A stretch of DNA of 64,000 bases from Thermoanaerobaculia bacterium (GTDB lineage: Bacteria; Acidobacteriota; Thermoanaerobaculia; UBA5066; Gp7-AA6), in assembly GCA_038224325.1 (NCBI GenBank), contig JBBRFL010000003.1:78140-142139 (forward strand), given 5' to 3'. Positions 1 to 10,143 of this stretch are shown one piece after another. Position 1 is the first letter of the stretch; every line of letters starts with the position of its first letter. The notes beneath the pieces were generated by a model that was not told the DNA's origin, searched no databases, and saw only the letters and a list, made by a program, of their open reading frames with translations. The translations under genes were made by a program, and so were the position numbers.

Positions 1-894
1 GACGAGAATCGGGCGCAGGCGGGCGCGTCGAGCCGCGCCGGGGCTCTGGTCGTGTCCTCTCCCGTCCTGGCGTCCGGCAAGCCCGCCGTCGTCGTGTCGC
101 TTCCCCAGCTCGCGCTGGCGAAGTGGTTGGACCTTCGGCACCCGCCCATCCATCCGCGCCCGGGAAAGGCCCGGGGGGCCTTCGTCGATCGAACGGCGAA
201 GCTCGCGAAGGGAGTCTCGGTCGCCGCCGGGGCGACCGTATCGGCGCGGGCCCGGATTGGGGCGCGCACGGTGATCTGCGCGGGCGTCTTCGTCGGGGAG
301 GGGGTCGAGATCGGAGAGGACTGCGTGCTGCATCCGAACGTCACGGTCCTGACGGGTTGCCGGATCGGCGCACGCTGCCTGCTGCACTCGGGCTCCGTCG
401 TGGGGTCGGACGGATTCGGTTACGTGTGGGACGGCGAGGCGCACCGGCGGATTCCCCAGATCGGCACCGTGCGCGTCGAAGACGACGTCGAGATCGGGGC
501 CAACTCCGCGATCGATCGCGCGACCCTCGGAGAGACGGTGATCGGGCGAGGCACCAAGATCGACAACCTCGTCCAGGTGGGGCACAACGTCGTGATCGGA
601 CCGCACTCGGTCCTCTGCGGGCAGGCCGGGGTAGGAGGGTCCTCCCGGATCGGCCGCGGCGTCACGCTGGCGGGCCAGGTCGGCATCTCCGACCACGTGA
701 CCATCGGCGACGGCGCCATCCTCACGGGCCAGGCCGGCGTGGCGCGGCGCGCCCGCGTCGAGGCCGGCGCTATGCTCTCCGGAATGCCGGCGCTCCCGCA
801 CCGCGAGTTCCTGCGACGCGCGGCGCTGCTCGGAAAGCTAGAGTCCGTTCTCGAACGGCTGGCGGCGCTCGAGAAAAAGATCGCGCGAGAGTAG
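1..894 (+). CDS. lpxD: UDP-3-O-(3-hydroxyacyl)glucosamine N-acyltransferase LpxD, 5'-truncated by window edge
   Basis: Frame 1 is open from base 1 to the stop at 894. The translation carries left-handed beta-helix hexapeptide repeats ([32 protein letters not shown]...[54 protein letters not shown]) and the C-terminal helix typical of LpxD. The gene sits directly upstream of fabZ-lpxA. Confidence 0.9.
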   Translation, partial: DENRAQAGASSRAGALVVSSPVLASGKPAVVVSLPQLALAKWLDLRHPPIHPRPGKARGAFVDRTAKLAKGVSVAAGATVSARARIGARTVICAGVFVGEGVEIGEDCVLHPNVTVLTGCRIGARCLLHSGSVVGSDGFGYVWDGEAHRRIPQIGTVRVEDDVEIGANSAIDRATLGETVIGRGTKIDNLVQVGHNVVIGPHSVLCGQAGVGGSSRIGRGVTLAGQVGISDHVTIGDGAILTGQAGVARRARVEAGAMLSGMPALPHREFLRRAALLGKLESVLERLAALEKKIARE

Positions 895-904
895 GAGGCG
901 TCCA

Positions 905-1345
905 GTGGCGGAAATCCGAATCGGCGAGATCCTGAAGATCCTTCCGCACCGGTATCCGTTCCTGCTCGTGGATCGGATCCTCGAGCTCGAGCCCGGAAAG
1001 CGGGTCGTGGGCATCAAGAACGTCACGTTCAACGAGGAGTTCTTCCAGGGGCACTTCCCCGGGAACCCCGTCATGCCCGGCGTGCTGGTCCTGGAGGCGA
1101 TGGCGCAGGTCGCCGGGATCGCGCTGCTCGGCGTGGTCCCCGAGAAGGAGACCAAGCTCCTCTATCTCTCCGGCGTGGATCGCTGCCGATTCCGGCGACC
1201 CGTGGTTCCCGGCGATCAGCTCCGCATCGAGGCCGAGATCGTCTCGCTCAAGACGCGGGTCTGCAAGTGCCGCGCGACGGCCTCGGTGGACGGGCAGGTC
1301 TGCACCGAGGCGGAGCTCCTCTCGGTGTTGGTGGACCGCCCGTGA
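905..1345 (+). CDS. fabZ: 3-hydroxyacyl-ACP dehydratase FabZ
   Basis: The protein is 146 aa. Hotdog-fold motifs are present ([56 protein letters not shown]). A GTAGGAGG ribosome-binding site lies 5-10 nt upstream of the GTG start. The gene follows the conserved lpxD-fabZ-lpxA order. Confidence 0.9.
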   Translation: MAEIRIGEILKILPHRYPFLLVDRILELEPGKRVVGIKNVTFNEEFFQGHFPGNPVMPGVLVLEAMAQVAGIALLGVVPEKETKLLYLSGVDRCRFRRPVVPGDQLRIEAEIVSLKTRVCKCRATASVDGQVCTEAELLSVLVDRP

Positions 1346-2127
1346 GCGTCGAAGCGACGGTCCATCCGACGGCGGTCATATCCGCCACGGCGATCCTGCG
1401 GGAGGGCGTGACGATCGGGCCGTACGCGGTGATCGGCGAAGAGGTCGTCCTGGGGGCCGGGACCTCGGTCGGAGCGCACGCCTCGATCCAGGGCCCCGCG
1501 ATCTTCGGCGAGGAAAACCGGATCTTCGATCACTCCGCGCTGGGGTTCGAGCCCCAGGACCTCAAGTACAAGGGCGAGGTCACGCGACTCGTGGTGGGTT
1601 CCCGCAACGTGTTCCGCGAGTTCACGACCGTTCAGCGGGGAACCGCGAGCGGGGACGGGGAGACGGTGATTGGCGACGACAACTACTTCATGAACTACAC
1701 CCACATCGGCCACGACAACCGCGTCGGCTCGCGGGTCGTCATGGCCAACTCCGCGGTCCTCGCCGGGCACGTCGAGATCGGCAACCACGCGGTCATCGGC
1801 GCGTTCAATGCGATCCACCAGTTCTGCCGGGTCGGCTCCTTCGCGTTCCTGGGCGCCTACACCGGTTGCCGCCAGGACGTTCTGCCGTTCTGCCGGACCG
1901 ACGGCCTCGACGCGAAGACGTACGGCCTGAACACGATCGGCCTGAAACGCAACGGGTTCTCGGAGGAGCGGATCGAGGCGCTCCAGAAGGCGTACCGGCT
2001 CCTGGTCAAGTCGAAGCTCAATACGAGCCAGGCGCTCGAGCGCATCGCGGCCGAGCTCTCGGGCCAGCCCGACGTGGAGGAGCTCGTGCGGTTCATCGAG
2101 ACGAGCGAGCGGGGCTTCATCAAGTGA
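1342..2127 (+). CDS. lpxA: acyl-ACP--UDP-GlcNAc O-acyltransferase LpxA
   Basis: The GTG start at 1342 overlaps the fabZ stop in a GTGA junction. The translation has hexapeptide repeats and a C-terminal helical domain (…[45 protein letters not shown]…[20 protein letters not shown]) diagnostic of LpxA. Confidence 0.9.
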   Translation: MSVEATVHPTAVISATAILREGVTIGPYAVIGEEVVLGAGTSVGAHASIQGPAIFGEENRIFDHSALGFEPQDLKYKGEVTRLVVGSRNVFREFTTVQRGTASGDGETVIGDDNYFMNYTHIGHDNRVGSRVVMANSAVLAGHVEIGNHAVIGAFNAIHQFCRVGSFAFLGAYTGCRQDVLPFCRTDGLDAKTYGLNTIGLKRNGFSEERIEALQKAYRLLVKSKLNTSQALERIAAELSGQPDVEELVRFIETSERGFIK

Positions 2128-3104
2128 CGCAGGCTCGCCCCGGCGAGCCGAGGCCGGTGCGTCTGGCGATCGTCGGGGTCGGGCATCTGGGTCGGCACCA
2201 CGTCCGGGTCGCGGCCGCGGAACCGGGCTTCGAGACAGTCGGGATCCAGGACCGCCACGAGGGCCGGGCCGACGAGGCGGCGCGGCGCGGCTCCCTCCGC
2301 GTCTTCGCCACGCGCGAGGAGGTCGCCGAGGCCGCGGAGGCCGTCATCATCGCGACCCCGACGAGCTCCCACGCCGAGCTCGGAGGCTTCTTCCTGGAGC
2401 GCGGGTTGGACGTTCTCCTCGAGAAGCCCATCGCGAGCTCGACGTCCGAGGCCGAGGCGCTCGTCCGCCTGGCGCGCGCGCGAGGCCGCGTGCTCCAGGT
2501 GGGCCACGTGGAGCGGTACAACCCGGCCGTGGAGGCGGTCCTCGCGCGGGTCCGCGCCCCCCTCTTCATCGAGGCTCACCGCCTCGGAATCTTCAGCAAC
2601 CGCAGCCTGGATCTGGACGTCGTGAAGGACCTGATGATCCACGATCTCCAGATCGTGACGGACCTCGTGCGGCGGCCCGTGGTCGAGATCCGCTGCGTGG
2701 GAACTCCGGTCTTGACCGATCGGCTCGACATCGCGCAGGCCCGGATCGCGTTCGAGGGAGGCTGCGTGGCGAACCTGACGGCGTCGCGGGTCTCCTCGGA
2801 ACGCGTGCGAACGCTGCGCGTCTTCTCCCCGGGGCTCTACTGTTCCATCGACATGCACGCCCGGAGCGTGGAGGCCCTCCGCCTGGACCGGGAGGGCGCG
2901 GCGCCCCGGATCGTGCCGGAGCTGATCGCCGTCGATACCGCCGATCCACTCGGCCGGGAGCTGTCCGACTTCCTGCGTGCGGTGCGAACCCGCGACGAGC
3001 CGCTGGTCAACGGCGAGGCGGGGCGCGACGCGCTGTCCCTGGCCGAGAGCGTGCTCGCGGCGGCCGAGGAGCACCGGCGCGGCATCGGGGCCGTCCGGGC
3101 ATGA
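2124..3104 (+). CDS. Gfo/Idh/MocA-family NAD-dependent oxidoreductase (GnnA-like, UDP-GlcNAc 3-dehydrogenase candidate)
   Basis: The GTG start overlaps the lpxA stop in a GTGA junction. There is an N-terminal Rossmann fold (VRLAIVGVGHLGRHH) and a C-terminal Gfo/Idh/MocA domain (EKPIASSTSEAEALVRLARARGRVLQVGHVERYNPAV). A position immediately 3' of lpxA is what is described for gnnA in bacteria that make GlcN3N lipid A. Confidence 0.75.
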   Translation: MTQARPGEPRPVRLAIVGVGHLGRHHVRVAAAEPGFETVGIQDRHEGRADEAARRGSLRVFATREEVAEAAEAVIIATPTSSHAELGGFFLERGLDVLLEKPIASSTSEAEALVRLARARGRVLQVGHVERYNPAVEAVLARVRAPLFIEAHRLGIFSNRSLDLDVVKDLMIHDLQIVTDLVRRPVVEIRCVGTPVLTDRLDIAQARIAFEGGCVANLTASRVSSERVRTLRVFSPGLYCSIDMHARSVEALRLDREGAAPRIVPELIAVDTADPLGRELSDFLRAVRTRDEPLVNGEAGRDALSLAESVLAAAEEHRRGIGAVRA

Positions 3105-3964
3105 GAGAACGCGCGCGGATCGGCCTGATCGGCGGAAGCGGCGTCTACGATCTCGGGGCGATCACCGGCCTCCGCGAGGAGAAGCTCTCGACGCCCTACG
3201 GGCCGCCGTCGGACTCCTACTTCACGGGCACCCTCGGCGGCTCTCCGGTGGCGTTTCTCTCTCGCCATGGCCGTGGACACCGTCTCCTCCCGACGGAGAT
3301 CAACTATCGGGCGAACGTGTGCGGCTTCAAGATGCTCGGCTGCGACGCCGTGCTCTCGGCCTCTGCCTGCGGGAGTCTCCGCGAAGAGCTGGCGCCCCGC
3401 CACGCAGTGATCCCCACGCAGTTCATCGACCGGACCCGCCACCGCGCCGACACTTTCTTCGGCGACGGCGTCGTCGGGCACGTCGGCTTCGCGGACCCCG
3501 TCTGCGAGTCGCTCTGCGGCGCCCTGCAAGAGGGGGCGGGGCGCGGGGGCCTGACCGTGCACCGCGGCGGGACGTACGTCTGCATGGAGGGGCCCCAATT
3601 CTCGACGCGCGCGGAGTCCCACCTGTATCGCTCGTGGCGCGCGGACATCATCGGGATGACCAACCTGACGGAGGCACGGCTCGCCCGGGAGGCGGAGATC
3701 TGCTACGCCAGCCTCGCCTTCGTCACGGACTACGACTGCTGGCGGGAGTCGACGGAGGACGTCTCGGTCGAGGCGATCCTCGCCGTGCTGGGCGAGAACA
3801 GCGAGGCCGCGCGCCGCGCCCTGGCGGAGGCGGTTGCCCGGGTCGATCCCGAGCGCGCCTGTGGATGCCGCGACGCGATGCGCTTCGGAATCCTGACGGA
3901 CCGCGCCGCGATCCCGGCCTCCGCCCGCGAGCGCCTGCGGCCCATCCTGGGGAGGTACCTGTGA
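3101..3964 (+). CDS. mtnP: S-methyl-5'-thioadenosine phosphorylase
   Basis: The protein is 287 aa. It carries strong MTAP signatures: IGLIGGSGVYD, LSRHGRGHRLLPTEINYRANV, ACGSLREE, FSTRAESHLYRSWRADIIGMTNLTEARLAREAEICYASLAFVTDYDCW. Confidence 0.9.
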   Translation: MRERARIGLIGGSGVYDLGAITGLREEKLSTPYGPPSDSYFTGTLGGSPVAFLSRHGRGHRLLPTEINYRANVCGFKMLGCDAVLSASACGSLREELAPRHAVIPTQFIDRTRHRADTFFGDGVVGHVGFADPVCESLCGALQEGAGRGGLTVHRGGTYVCMEGPQFSTRAESHLYRSWRADIIGMTNLTEARLAREAEICYASLAFVTDYDCWRESTEDVSVEAILAVLGENSEAARRALAEAVARVDPERACGCRDAMRFGILTDRAAIPASARERLRPILGRYL

Positions 3965-4971
3965 GGAAGGACGGCCGCATCGTCGTCACCGGGTCGGTCG
4001 CCTTCGACTACCTGATGAAGTTTCCGGGCCGCTTCACCGAGCACCTGATCCCCGACCGGATGGATCGCCTCTCGGTCTCCTTCCTGGTGGACGAGATGCG
4101 GCGCGTCCCGGGCGGATGCGGTCCCAACATCTCCTATGGGCTGGCACTGCTCGGGGAGAAACCGGTTCTCCTCGCGACGGCCGGATCCGACGCCACGGAA
4201 TACCGCGACCATCTCGCTCGCGAGGGCGTGGACGTCACGAATCTGAGCCTGGAGCCGGACCTCTTCACGGCCTCGTTCTTCGTCTCGACGGACCAGGACC
4301 AGAACCAGCTCGCCTCGTTCTACACCGGTGCCATGTCCCGCGCGAGGCGGCTCTCGATCCGGTCGCTCGACTGCACGACGGTCGCCTTCGTGTGCATCTC
4401 CCCGAACGACCCGCCCGCGATGGCGCAGCTCGCGGAGGACTGCCGCGCGCTGGAGATCCCGTTTCTGTACGACCCCAGCCAGCAGGTGACCCGGCTCTCG
4501 GGCGAGGAGATGCGCGAGGGTTTCCGCGGAGCTGCGATCCTGATCGTGAACGACTACGAGTTCGGGATCCTGCGGAACAAGATCGAAATGTCCGCGGACC
4601 AGATGATGGAGCACGTCCCCGTACTGATCGTCACCCACGGCGCGGACGGGTCCACCATACACGCGCGGGACGAGCGGGGTCTCCGCGTCGAGCACGAGAT
4701 CCCGGCCGCGAACGTCGAGGGCGAGGCCGTCGATCCCACGGGCGTCGGCGACATGTACCGCGCGGGGCTCCTGCGCGGGCTCCGCCTCGGCGCTCCCTGG
4801 CCCATCGCCGGCCGCGTGGGGAGCGTCGCCGCCGTGTTCGGCATCGAATCACTGGGACCGCAGCCTCCCCGGTTCACGCTCGCGGATTTCGCCGCGCGCT
4901 ACGTCCGCAACTTCGGCGACGCGCCGGAGCTGTCCCGCCTGATCGGGCCCTCCGGTTCCCCGACCTGCTAG
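3961..4971 (+). CDS. PfkB-family carbohydrate/nucleoside kinase (adenosine kinase-like)
   Basis: The GTG start overlaps the mtnP stop in a GTGA junction. The ribokinase fold is recognisable (GGCGPNISYGLALLG, and a C-terminal DPTGVGDMYRAGLLRGL anion hole with the GD catalytic motif). A nucleoside kinase next to mtnP fits a role in purine salvage. Confidence 0.8.
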   Translation: MRKDGRIVVTGSVAFDYLMKFPGRFTEHLIPDRMDRLSVSFLVDEMRRVPGGCGPNISYGLALLGEKPVLLATAGSDATEYRDHLAREGVDVTNLSLEPDLFTASFFVSTDQDQNQLASFYTGAMSRARRLSIRSLDCTTVAFVCISPNDPPAMAQLAEDCRALEIPFLYDPSQQVTRLSGEEMREGFRGAAILIVNDYEFGILRNKIEMSADQMMEHVPVLIVTHGADGSTIHARDERGLRVEHEIPAANVEGEAVDPTGVGDMYRAGLLRGLRLGAPWPIAGRVGSVAAVFGIESLGPQPPRFTLADFAARYVRNFGDAPELSRLIGPSGSPTC

Positions 4972-5006
4972 AATTCCCTATTCCAAGCGAGGTCTGTTCC
5001 TTGAGC

Positions 5007-5498
5007 ATGCGCGTTTCGCGCCGCGCGGCGGCGCCCTTTTCGCCCCGGGAGTACGAGGGAAGCCTCGATGCCGCGGGATTGCGTCTCGGCGTCGTGTGCG
5101 CGCGCTGGAATCCCACGATCACCGACGCCATGCTCGCCTCGTCGCTGGAGGCTCTCCGGAAGTGCGGGGCCCGCGCGGCCGACGTCACGGTGGCGCGTGT
5201 TCCGGGTGCGTTCGAGGTCCCGGCGGGCGTACGCGCCCTCCTCGACTCCGGGAAATACCACGCCGTGATCGCGCTCGCGGCGATCGTGCGCGGAGAGACG
5301 ACGCACCACGAGGTCCTGGGCCACTCCGTCGCGGGCGCGCTGGCCGCGCTCTCGATCGAGTCCGCCGTGCCGATCGGGTTCGGGATCCTGACGTGCGACA
5401 CGCCGGAGCAGGCGCGGGAGCGGACCGGGAAGGGCGCCGAGGCCGCCGAGGCGGCCATCGAGATGGCCAACCTGCGCCGCCGGATGCGGAGGAAATAG
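5007..5498 (+). CDS. ribH: 6,7-dimethyl-8-ribityllumazine synthase
   Basis: The protein is 163 aa. Motifs match RibH: RLGVVCARWNPTITDAML...ARVPGAFEVP...GKYHAVIALAAIVRGETTHHEVL...FGILTCDTPEQA. The conserved ribH-nusB pairing is present. Confidence 0.9.
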   Translation: MRVSRRAAAPFSPREYEGSLDAAGLRLGVVCARWNPTITDAMLASSLEALRKCGARAADVTVARVPGAFEVPAGVRALLDSGKYHAVIALAAIVRGETTHHEVLGHSVAGALAALSIESAVPIGFGILTCDTPEQARERTGKGAEAAEAAIEMANLRRRMRRK

Positions 5499-5921
5499 GT
5501 GGGCGCCCGCCGCAAAGCGCGTGAGATGGCTCTGCAGATGCTCTACGAGCACGACGTGTCGGGTACGGAGCCCCACGAGATGTTTCTGCGCTCCGACGAT
5601 CTGAAGAAGTCTCCCGAGGGGATCCAGGACTTCGCCCGTCGACTGGTCTCGGGCACGCTGACCCACCGGGAGGACCTGGACGCCATCATCTCCCGCCAGG
5701 CGGACCACTGGCGGCTGGCGCGCATGCCCGTCGTGGACCGCAACATCCTCCGGCTGGCGCTCTTCGAGCTGCTTCACGAGCCCGAGACTCCCCGCCCCGT
5801 CGTCATCGACGAGGCCCTGGAGATCGCCAAGCGGTTCTCGACGCCGAAGTCCTCCCAGTTCATCAACGGGATCCTGGACGGAGTCCTGAAGGGCCGCCGC
5901 ACCGAGGCGCCCAAGGCGTGA
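5499..5921 (+). CDS. nusB: transcription antitermination factor NusB
   Basis: The protein is 140 aa. NusB-type helical motifs are present ([16 protein letters not shown]…[22 protein letters not shown]…[15 protein letters not shown]…FINGILDGV). It lies immediately downstream of ribH. Confidence 0.85.
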   Translation: MGARRKAREMALQMLYEHDVSGTEPHEMFLRSDDLKKSPEGIQDFARRLVSGTLTHREDLDAIISRQADHWRLARMPVVDRNILRLALFELLHEPETPRPVVIDEALEIAKRFSTPKSSQFINGILDGVLKGRRTEAPKA

Positions 5922-6697
5922 GGCGGGGGGTCGCGGCCGGAGTGCTGGTGGCCTCGCTCTGGGCCGCCCGGGGGGGCGGCGACGAGCTCGCGGTGTACCG
6001 CGCGAAGGGATCGGAGGCCGGGCTCTTCGACCAGTACGACAACGACGGATACTCGCTGGCGGTCGCCCCCGCTTCCGACGGGGGCCTGGAGCTCCGGGTC
6101 CGGATCGGCAGCCAGCCGCTCTCGAGCCGATCGCCGTTTCCCACGGGAATGCCGCCGGATCCCGCGCTGTCGCCGTCTCCCGAGCGGGACGCGTTCGCGC
6201 GGACCCTGACGGACGGCGCTCGAACGCAGGCCGCCGCCGTCGAGCGCTTGCTCTCGGCGATCGCCTCCTCGGTTCGGTACGACACCGATCGGAGCCGGCG
6301 TCAGGATCCCGCCGCCGTGTTCGCGTCCCGCCGCGCGCACTGCGTGGGCTTCTCGGAGCTCGCCGTGGATCTCCTGCGCCGGGTCGGCATCCCCGCGCGC
6401 ACCGTGCAGGGAATCCTCCGCTCGGCCTCGAGCAGCGACGGCTACGAGAAGGACCTCGGGGGCGTCTATCACCGCTGGATCGAGATCTACTATCCCGACC
6501 GGGGCTTCGTCTTCTCCGACCCTTCCTCGTCGATCAACAGCGTGGACAGCCGCTACATCGTCTTTGGAAAGCGCGCGATGGCGCGGCCGTGCGGCCTGAC
6601 GCTGACTCAGCGGGAGGCCTCCGGCCGCCTCGACTATCCGGTCCTGCGGCTGCCGGATGCCACGATGCGGGTCCGGCCCGTCGGCGGCGCTCCCTAG
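5918..6697 (+). CDS. transglutaminase-like cysteine-protease-fold protein, secreted
   Basis: The GTG start overlaps the nusB stop. The N-terminus is hydrophobic. A transglutaminase-core Cys…His…Asp arrangement is visible ([28 protein letters not shown] … [18 protein letters not shown]). Confidence 0.6.
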   Translation: MRRGVAAGVLVASLWAARGGGDELAVYRAKGSEAGLFDQYDNDGYSLAVAPASDGGLELRVRIGSQPLSSRSPFPTGMPPDPALSPSPERDAFARTLTDGARTQAAAVERLLSAIASSVRYDTDRSRRQDPAAVFASRRAHCVGFSELAVDLLRRVGIPARTVQGILRSASSSDGYEKDLGGVYHRWIEIYYPDRGFVFSDPSSSINSVDSRYIVFGKRAMARPCGLTLTQREASGRLDYPVLRLPDATMRVRPVGGAP

Positions 6698-6750
6698 GCG
6701 GGGGCGCGGCGGTCCGGCTCCCGATCGGCTTCGGCTATATTCCCCGTCGC

Positions 6751-9228
6751 ATGGCGGAAAAGTACTCGCCCGCGGAGATCGACGCCCGGTGGCAGCGGCG
6801 TTGGGCGGAGGCTCGGGTGTCCTTCGTGGACACCGCGGTCCCCGGCGACGAGTACTACATGCTCAACATGTACCCGTATCCGTCCGGAAGCCGGCTTCAC
6901 GTGGGTCACGGCCGCAACTACATCCTGGGAGATGCGCTTTATCGCCGGCAGCGGATGGCGGGGCGGAAGGCGCTCAACCCGATGGGCTGGGACGCGTTCG
7001 GCCTGCCCGCGGAGAACGCGGCGATCCAGAGCGGCATCCATCCCCGGGAGTACACACTGGCCAACATTGGGAGGATGAAGGAGCAGCTCCACTCGCTCGG
7101 CTGCCTCTACGACTGGTCCAAGGAACTCGCATCCTGCGACCCCGCCTACTATCGCTGGAACCAGTGGCTCTTCCTGAGGATGTGGGAGCGCGGCCTCGCG
7201 TACCGCAAGACAGCCCCCGTGAACTGGTGCCCCGGCTGCCGAACGGTGCTGGCGAACGAGCAGGTCGTGGACGGGCGCTGCGAGAGATCGGGCGACGCGG
7301 TCGAAATTCGCGACCTGACGCAGTGGTTCTTTCGCGTGACGGATTACGCTGAGCGCTTGCTCTCCGGGCTCGACGGGCTGCCGCACTGGTCCGACCGCGT
7401 GAAGACCATGCAGAGGAACTGGATCGGCCGCTCAGAGGGCGCCGAGATCCTGTTCCGGGTGGACGGCATGACCGATCCCGTGACGGTCTTCACGACGCGG
7501 CCCGACACGCTCTTCGGAGCGACTTTCCTGGCCCTCGCCCCGGAACATCCTGCGGTCGCTCGCCTCGCGGAGCGCTCCGCCTCGAGCGCCGAGCTCCTCG
7601 CCTTCGTCGAACGCGTGCGGCGCGAGTCACGCCTGGAACGGGAGTCCGAGGGCGGCGAGAAGGAGGGGATCGAGACGGGCATTCTCGAGATCAATCCCGG
7701 CACGGGCGAGCCGATTCCCGTCTGGCTGGCCAACTTCGTGCTGCCCGAGTACGGCACGGGCGCCATAATGGGCGTCCCCGCCCACGATCAGCGGGACTTC
7801 GAGTTCGCGAGGAAGTACGGCCTGCCCGTCCGTCCCGTGTACCGCACGGCCTCGGCCGAGATCGATCCGGACGCGATGACTCAGGCGCTGTCGCACGAGG
7901 GCTTCCTCTACCGCTCGGGCACCTGGGACGGCGCTCCGAACGGGCCCGAGGCGATCCGGGTCGCCATCTCGTGGCTCGAGGAGAAGGGGTTCGGCAAGGG
8001 AAAGGTCGGGTACCGGCTTCGGGACTGGCTCATTTCCCGCCAGCGCTACTGGGGCACTCCGATTCCCGCGATTCACTGCCCGACCTGCGGCGTCGTGCCG
8101 GTGCCGGACTCCGACCTGCCGGTGCTGTTGCCCGAGGACGTGGACTTCCAGGGCGCCGAGGGGAACCCCCTGGAGAAGTCGGCCGCATTCGTGGAGACCC
8201 GGTGTCCGCGATGCGGGGAGGCGGCGCGTCGCGAGACCGACACGATGGACACGTTCGTCGACTCCTCGTGGTACTACCTCCGATTCCTCAACCCGCAGGA
8301 CACGGAGCGGATGGTGGACACGGAGCGGGTGGATCGCTGGCTCCCCGTCGATCAGTACATCGGGGGGATCGAGCACGCGATCCTGCACCTGCTCTACGCG
8401 CGGTTCGTGTGCCGCGTGCTGAAGGACATGGGCCTGGTCCACCTCGAGGAGCCCTTCGAACGGCTGTTCAATCAGGGGATGATCACGCGCCTGAACCCCG
8501 CAACGGGGAAGGTCGAGAAGATGTCCAAGTCGCGGGGCAACACCGTGTCGCCGGACGAGCTGATCGAGCGCTTCGGGGCGGACACGCTGCGGCTCTACAC
8601 GCTGTTCATCGGCCCGCCGGAGAAGGAGTCGGAATGGTCCGAGGAGGGAGTCGCCGGCGCGCACCGATTCCTGAATCGCGTCCACGAGGTGTGCGCGCGC
8701 GTCCAGGAGCTTCCGGACGCCGGGGAGGCGGGGCCGCCGGACACCGATCTGCGCCGCCTGACGCACCGCACCATTCAGCGGGTCACCGAGGACGCCGCCA
8801 AGTTCCACTTCCACACGGCAATCGCGGCGCTGATGGAATTCCAGAGGGGACTCGCCGAGGCCCTCGAAGCGGGCTCCGAGTCGCCGCAGGCGCTCCGGGA
8901 GGGCGTGCGCGCGCTGCTCCAGCTCCTGCACCCGATCGCCCCCCACCTGACCGAAGAGTGGTGGCATCGCTTCGGGGAGAGGGTCTTCCTGATCGAGACC
9001 GCGTGGCCGGTGTTCGACGCCGCGCTGGCGACCTCGACCGACGTGACCCTCGTCGTTCAGGTCAACGGCAAGGTGCGCGGCCGGCTGTCGCTCGCCCGCG
9101 GGGCCACGGAGTCGGAGGCCGTTTCGCGGGCGCGGGCGGACGAGCGCATCCGGACCTGGTTCGAGGGCCGGGAGATCGCCCGGACGGTCTTCGTGCCGGA
9201 CCGGCTGCTGAATCTGGTGGTGCGGTGA
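6751..9228 (+). CDS. leuS: leucine--tRNA ligase
   Basis: The protein is 825 aa. The class I HIGH motif is present ([15 protein letters not shown]), as is the KMSKS motif (KMSKSRGN), an editing domain and a zinc knuckle (CPTCG…CPRCG). This is unambiguously LeuS. Confidence 0.95.
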   Translation: MAEKYSPAEIDARWQRRWAEARVSFVDTAVPGDEYYMLNMYPYPSGSRLHVGHGRNYILGDALYRRQRMAGRKALNPMGWDAFGLPAENAAIQSGIHPREYTLANIGRMKEQLHSLGCLYDWSKELASCDPAYYRWNQWLFLRMWERGLAYRKTAPVNWCPGCRTVLANEQVVDGRCERSGDAVEIRDLTQWFFRVTDYAERLLSGLDGLPHWSDRVKTMQRNWIGRSEGAEILFRVDGMTDPVTVFTTRPDTLFGATFLALAPEHPAVARLAERSASSAELLAFVERVRRESRLERESEGGEKEGIETGILEINPGTGEPIPVWLANFVLPEYGTGAIMGVPAHDQRDFEFARKYGLPVRPVYRTASAEIDPDAMTQALSHEGFLYRSGTWDGAPNGPEAIRVAISWLEEKGFGKGKVGYRLRDWLISRQRYWGTPIPAIHCPTCGVVPVPDSDLPVLLPEDVDFQGAEGNPLEKSAAFVETRCPRCGEAARRETDTMDTFVDSSWYYLRFLNPQDTERMVDTERVDRWLPVDQYIGGIEHAILHLLYARFVCRVLKDMGLVHLEEPFERLFNQGMITRLNPATGKVEKMSKSRGNTVSPDELIERFGADTLRLYTLFIGPPEKESEWSEEGVAGAHRFLNRVHEVCARVQELPDAGEAGPPDTDLRRLTHRTIQRVTEDAAKFHFHTAIAALMEFQRGLAEALEAGSESPQALREGVRALLQLLHPIAPHLTEEWWHRFGERVFLIETAWPVFDAALATSTDVTLVVQVNGKVRGRLSLARGATESEAVSRARADERIRTWFEGREIARTVFVPDRLLNLVVR

Positions 9229-9746
9229 GCCGCGCGGCGGGGGCTCTTCTACTCGGCGCCGCGCTCCTCGGGGCCGGAGGCTGCGGTTACAGCCTGGTCG
9301 GCAAGGGCTCGTCGCTCCCCGAGTCCGTGAAGGTGGTCCAGTTCACGACCCTCGAGAACCTGACGCCGCGCGTCGGGCTGGAGCAGCGCCTCTCCGCGGA
9401 GATCGCCCGCGAACTCGCCTCGCGCGGGCGATTCAAAGTCCAGTCGTCGGCCGCCGGAGCGAACGCCGTGCTGTCGGGCGCGGTCTCCGGATTCGACCTC
9501 TATCCGGTGGCCTTCGATTCGCAGGGTCGCGCGACCGATTACCAGGTCCGCGTGACGGCGCGGGTTTCGCTGAAGACGATCCCGGACGGCACGGCGCTCT
9601 GGGAGAACCCCGCCTATACGTTCCGCGATAACTACCAGTTCTCCTCCAGCGCGGCGTCGTACGTGGATCGGGAGAACGAGGCGATCGACCGGGTCTCGGG
9701 CAGATTCGCGCAAAGCCTGGTGACGAGCCTGCTCGAGGGGTTCTAG
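9225..9746 (+). CDS. lptE: LPS-assembly lipoprotein LptE
   Basis: The GTG start overlaps the leuS stop in a GTGA junction. A signal peptide with a lipobox is present (LLGAGGC|GYS). The protein is 173 aa. The conserved leuS-lptE synteny is present. Confidence 0.7.
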   Translation: MSRAAGALLLGAALLGAGGCGYSLVGKGSSLPESVKVVQFTTLENLTPRVGLEQRLSAEIARELASRGRFKVQSSAAGANAVLSGAVSGFDLYPVAFDSQGRATDYQVRVTARVSLKTIPDGTALWENPAYTFRDNYQFSSSAASYVDRENEAIDRVSGRFAQSLVTSLLEGF

Positions 9747-9748
9747 GG

Positions 9749-9772
9749 CGTCGTCCGCACACGGGCGGACAC
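9749..9772. terminator. candidate bidirectional hairpin between the convergent lptE and rpsT genes
   Basis: A GC-rich inverted repeat GTCCGC-acacgg-GCGGAC sits in the 37-nt convergent spacer. The stem is only 6 bp and there is no T-tract. Confidence 0.25.
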
Positions 9773-9783
9773 GAGGCCCGCCT

Positions 9784-10068
9784 CTACTTCTTCGAGGTCG
9801 AGGTCGAGGTCGAGGTCGAGGTCGAGGTTGAGGCTTTCTTCGCCAGCCGGCTCTTGTAGCGAGCGGCCGCGTTGCGGTGGATCACACCCTTGGAGCGGGC
9901 GCGATCGATCTCCGAGTGCGTGTTGGAGAGCGACTCGGTCTTGCCCTTGGAGTCGGCCTGCCCGTACTTCTTCACCGCGGTCCGGAGTCGCGAGACGCGC
10001 GTCTTGTTCCGGGCCCTCTTCTTGGCCGTCGTGAGGACGCGCTTCTTGGCGGATTTGATGTTGGCCAT
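9784..10068 (-). CDS. rpsT: 30S ribosomal protein S20 with a C-terminal (Ser-Thr)6-Lys-Lys extension
   Basis: The N-terminus MANIKSAKKR and the …KGVIHRNAAARYKSRLAKKA core match S20. The protein then continues as STSTSTSTSTSTSKK, encoded by a (GAGGTC)n hexanucleotide repeat. Confidence 0.9.
   Translation of the reverse strand: MANIKSAKKRVLTTAKKRARNKTRVSRLRTAVKKYGQADSKGKTESLSNTHSEIDRARSKGVIHRNAAARYKSRLAKKASTSTSTSTSTSTSKK
9787..9830. repeat. hexanucleotide microsatellite (GTCGAG/GAGGTC) x ~7 inside the 3' end of rpsT
   Basis: The plus strand reads cgaggtcgaggtcgaggtcgaggtcgaggtcgaggttgagg. The repeat is in frame and encodes alternating Ser-Thr. Confidence 0.9.
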
Positions 10069-10143
10069 GGATTTGATGCCTCTCCGATCGCGACTGTATC
10101 AGCGGCGATCCGTGCTGTCGGGCGGTGAGCGAGCGCTCGGGAG

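Noticed and set aside
1857-3074. 405-aa minus-strand ORF antisense to lpxA and the GnnA-like gene. The same applies to similar long antisense ORFs such as 7627..8967, 19023..20645, 36840..38636, 40581..42734, 49643..51547 and 54487..55362.
   Set aside because: Their translations are Arg/Pro/Gly/Ala-rich low-complexity strings with no motifs. They lie entirely inside strongly supported genes on the other strand. This is the expected shadow-ORF artefact of a ~70% GC genome.
2977-3960. Long N-terminal extension of the PfkB ORF in the six-frame track (664 aa starting at 2977). The same applies to the analogous upstream extensions of ribH (4116), lptE (7971), dppB (20414), dppC (21025), the aminotransferase (32705), xerD (61481) and the alpha/beta hydrolase (29876).
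   Set aside because: The extensions overlap well-supported upstream genes in another frame and are low-complexity. Conserved N-termini and 4-nt overlap start sites define the real, shorter genes.
9787-9830. Tandem direct repeats considered as a possible CRISPR array
   Set aside because: The unit is only 6 bp with no spacers. It is in frame inside rpsT. This is a microsatellite, not a CRISPR.
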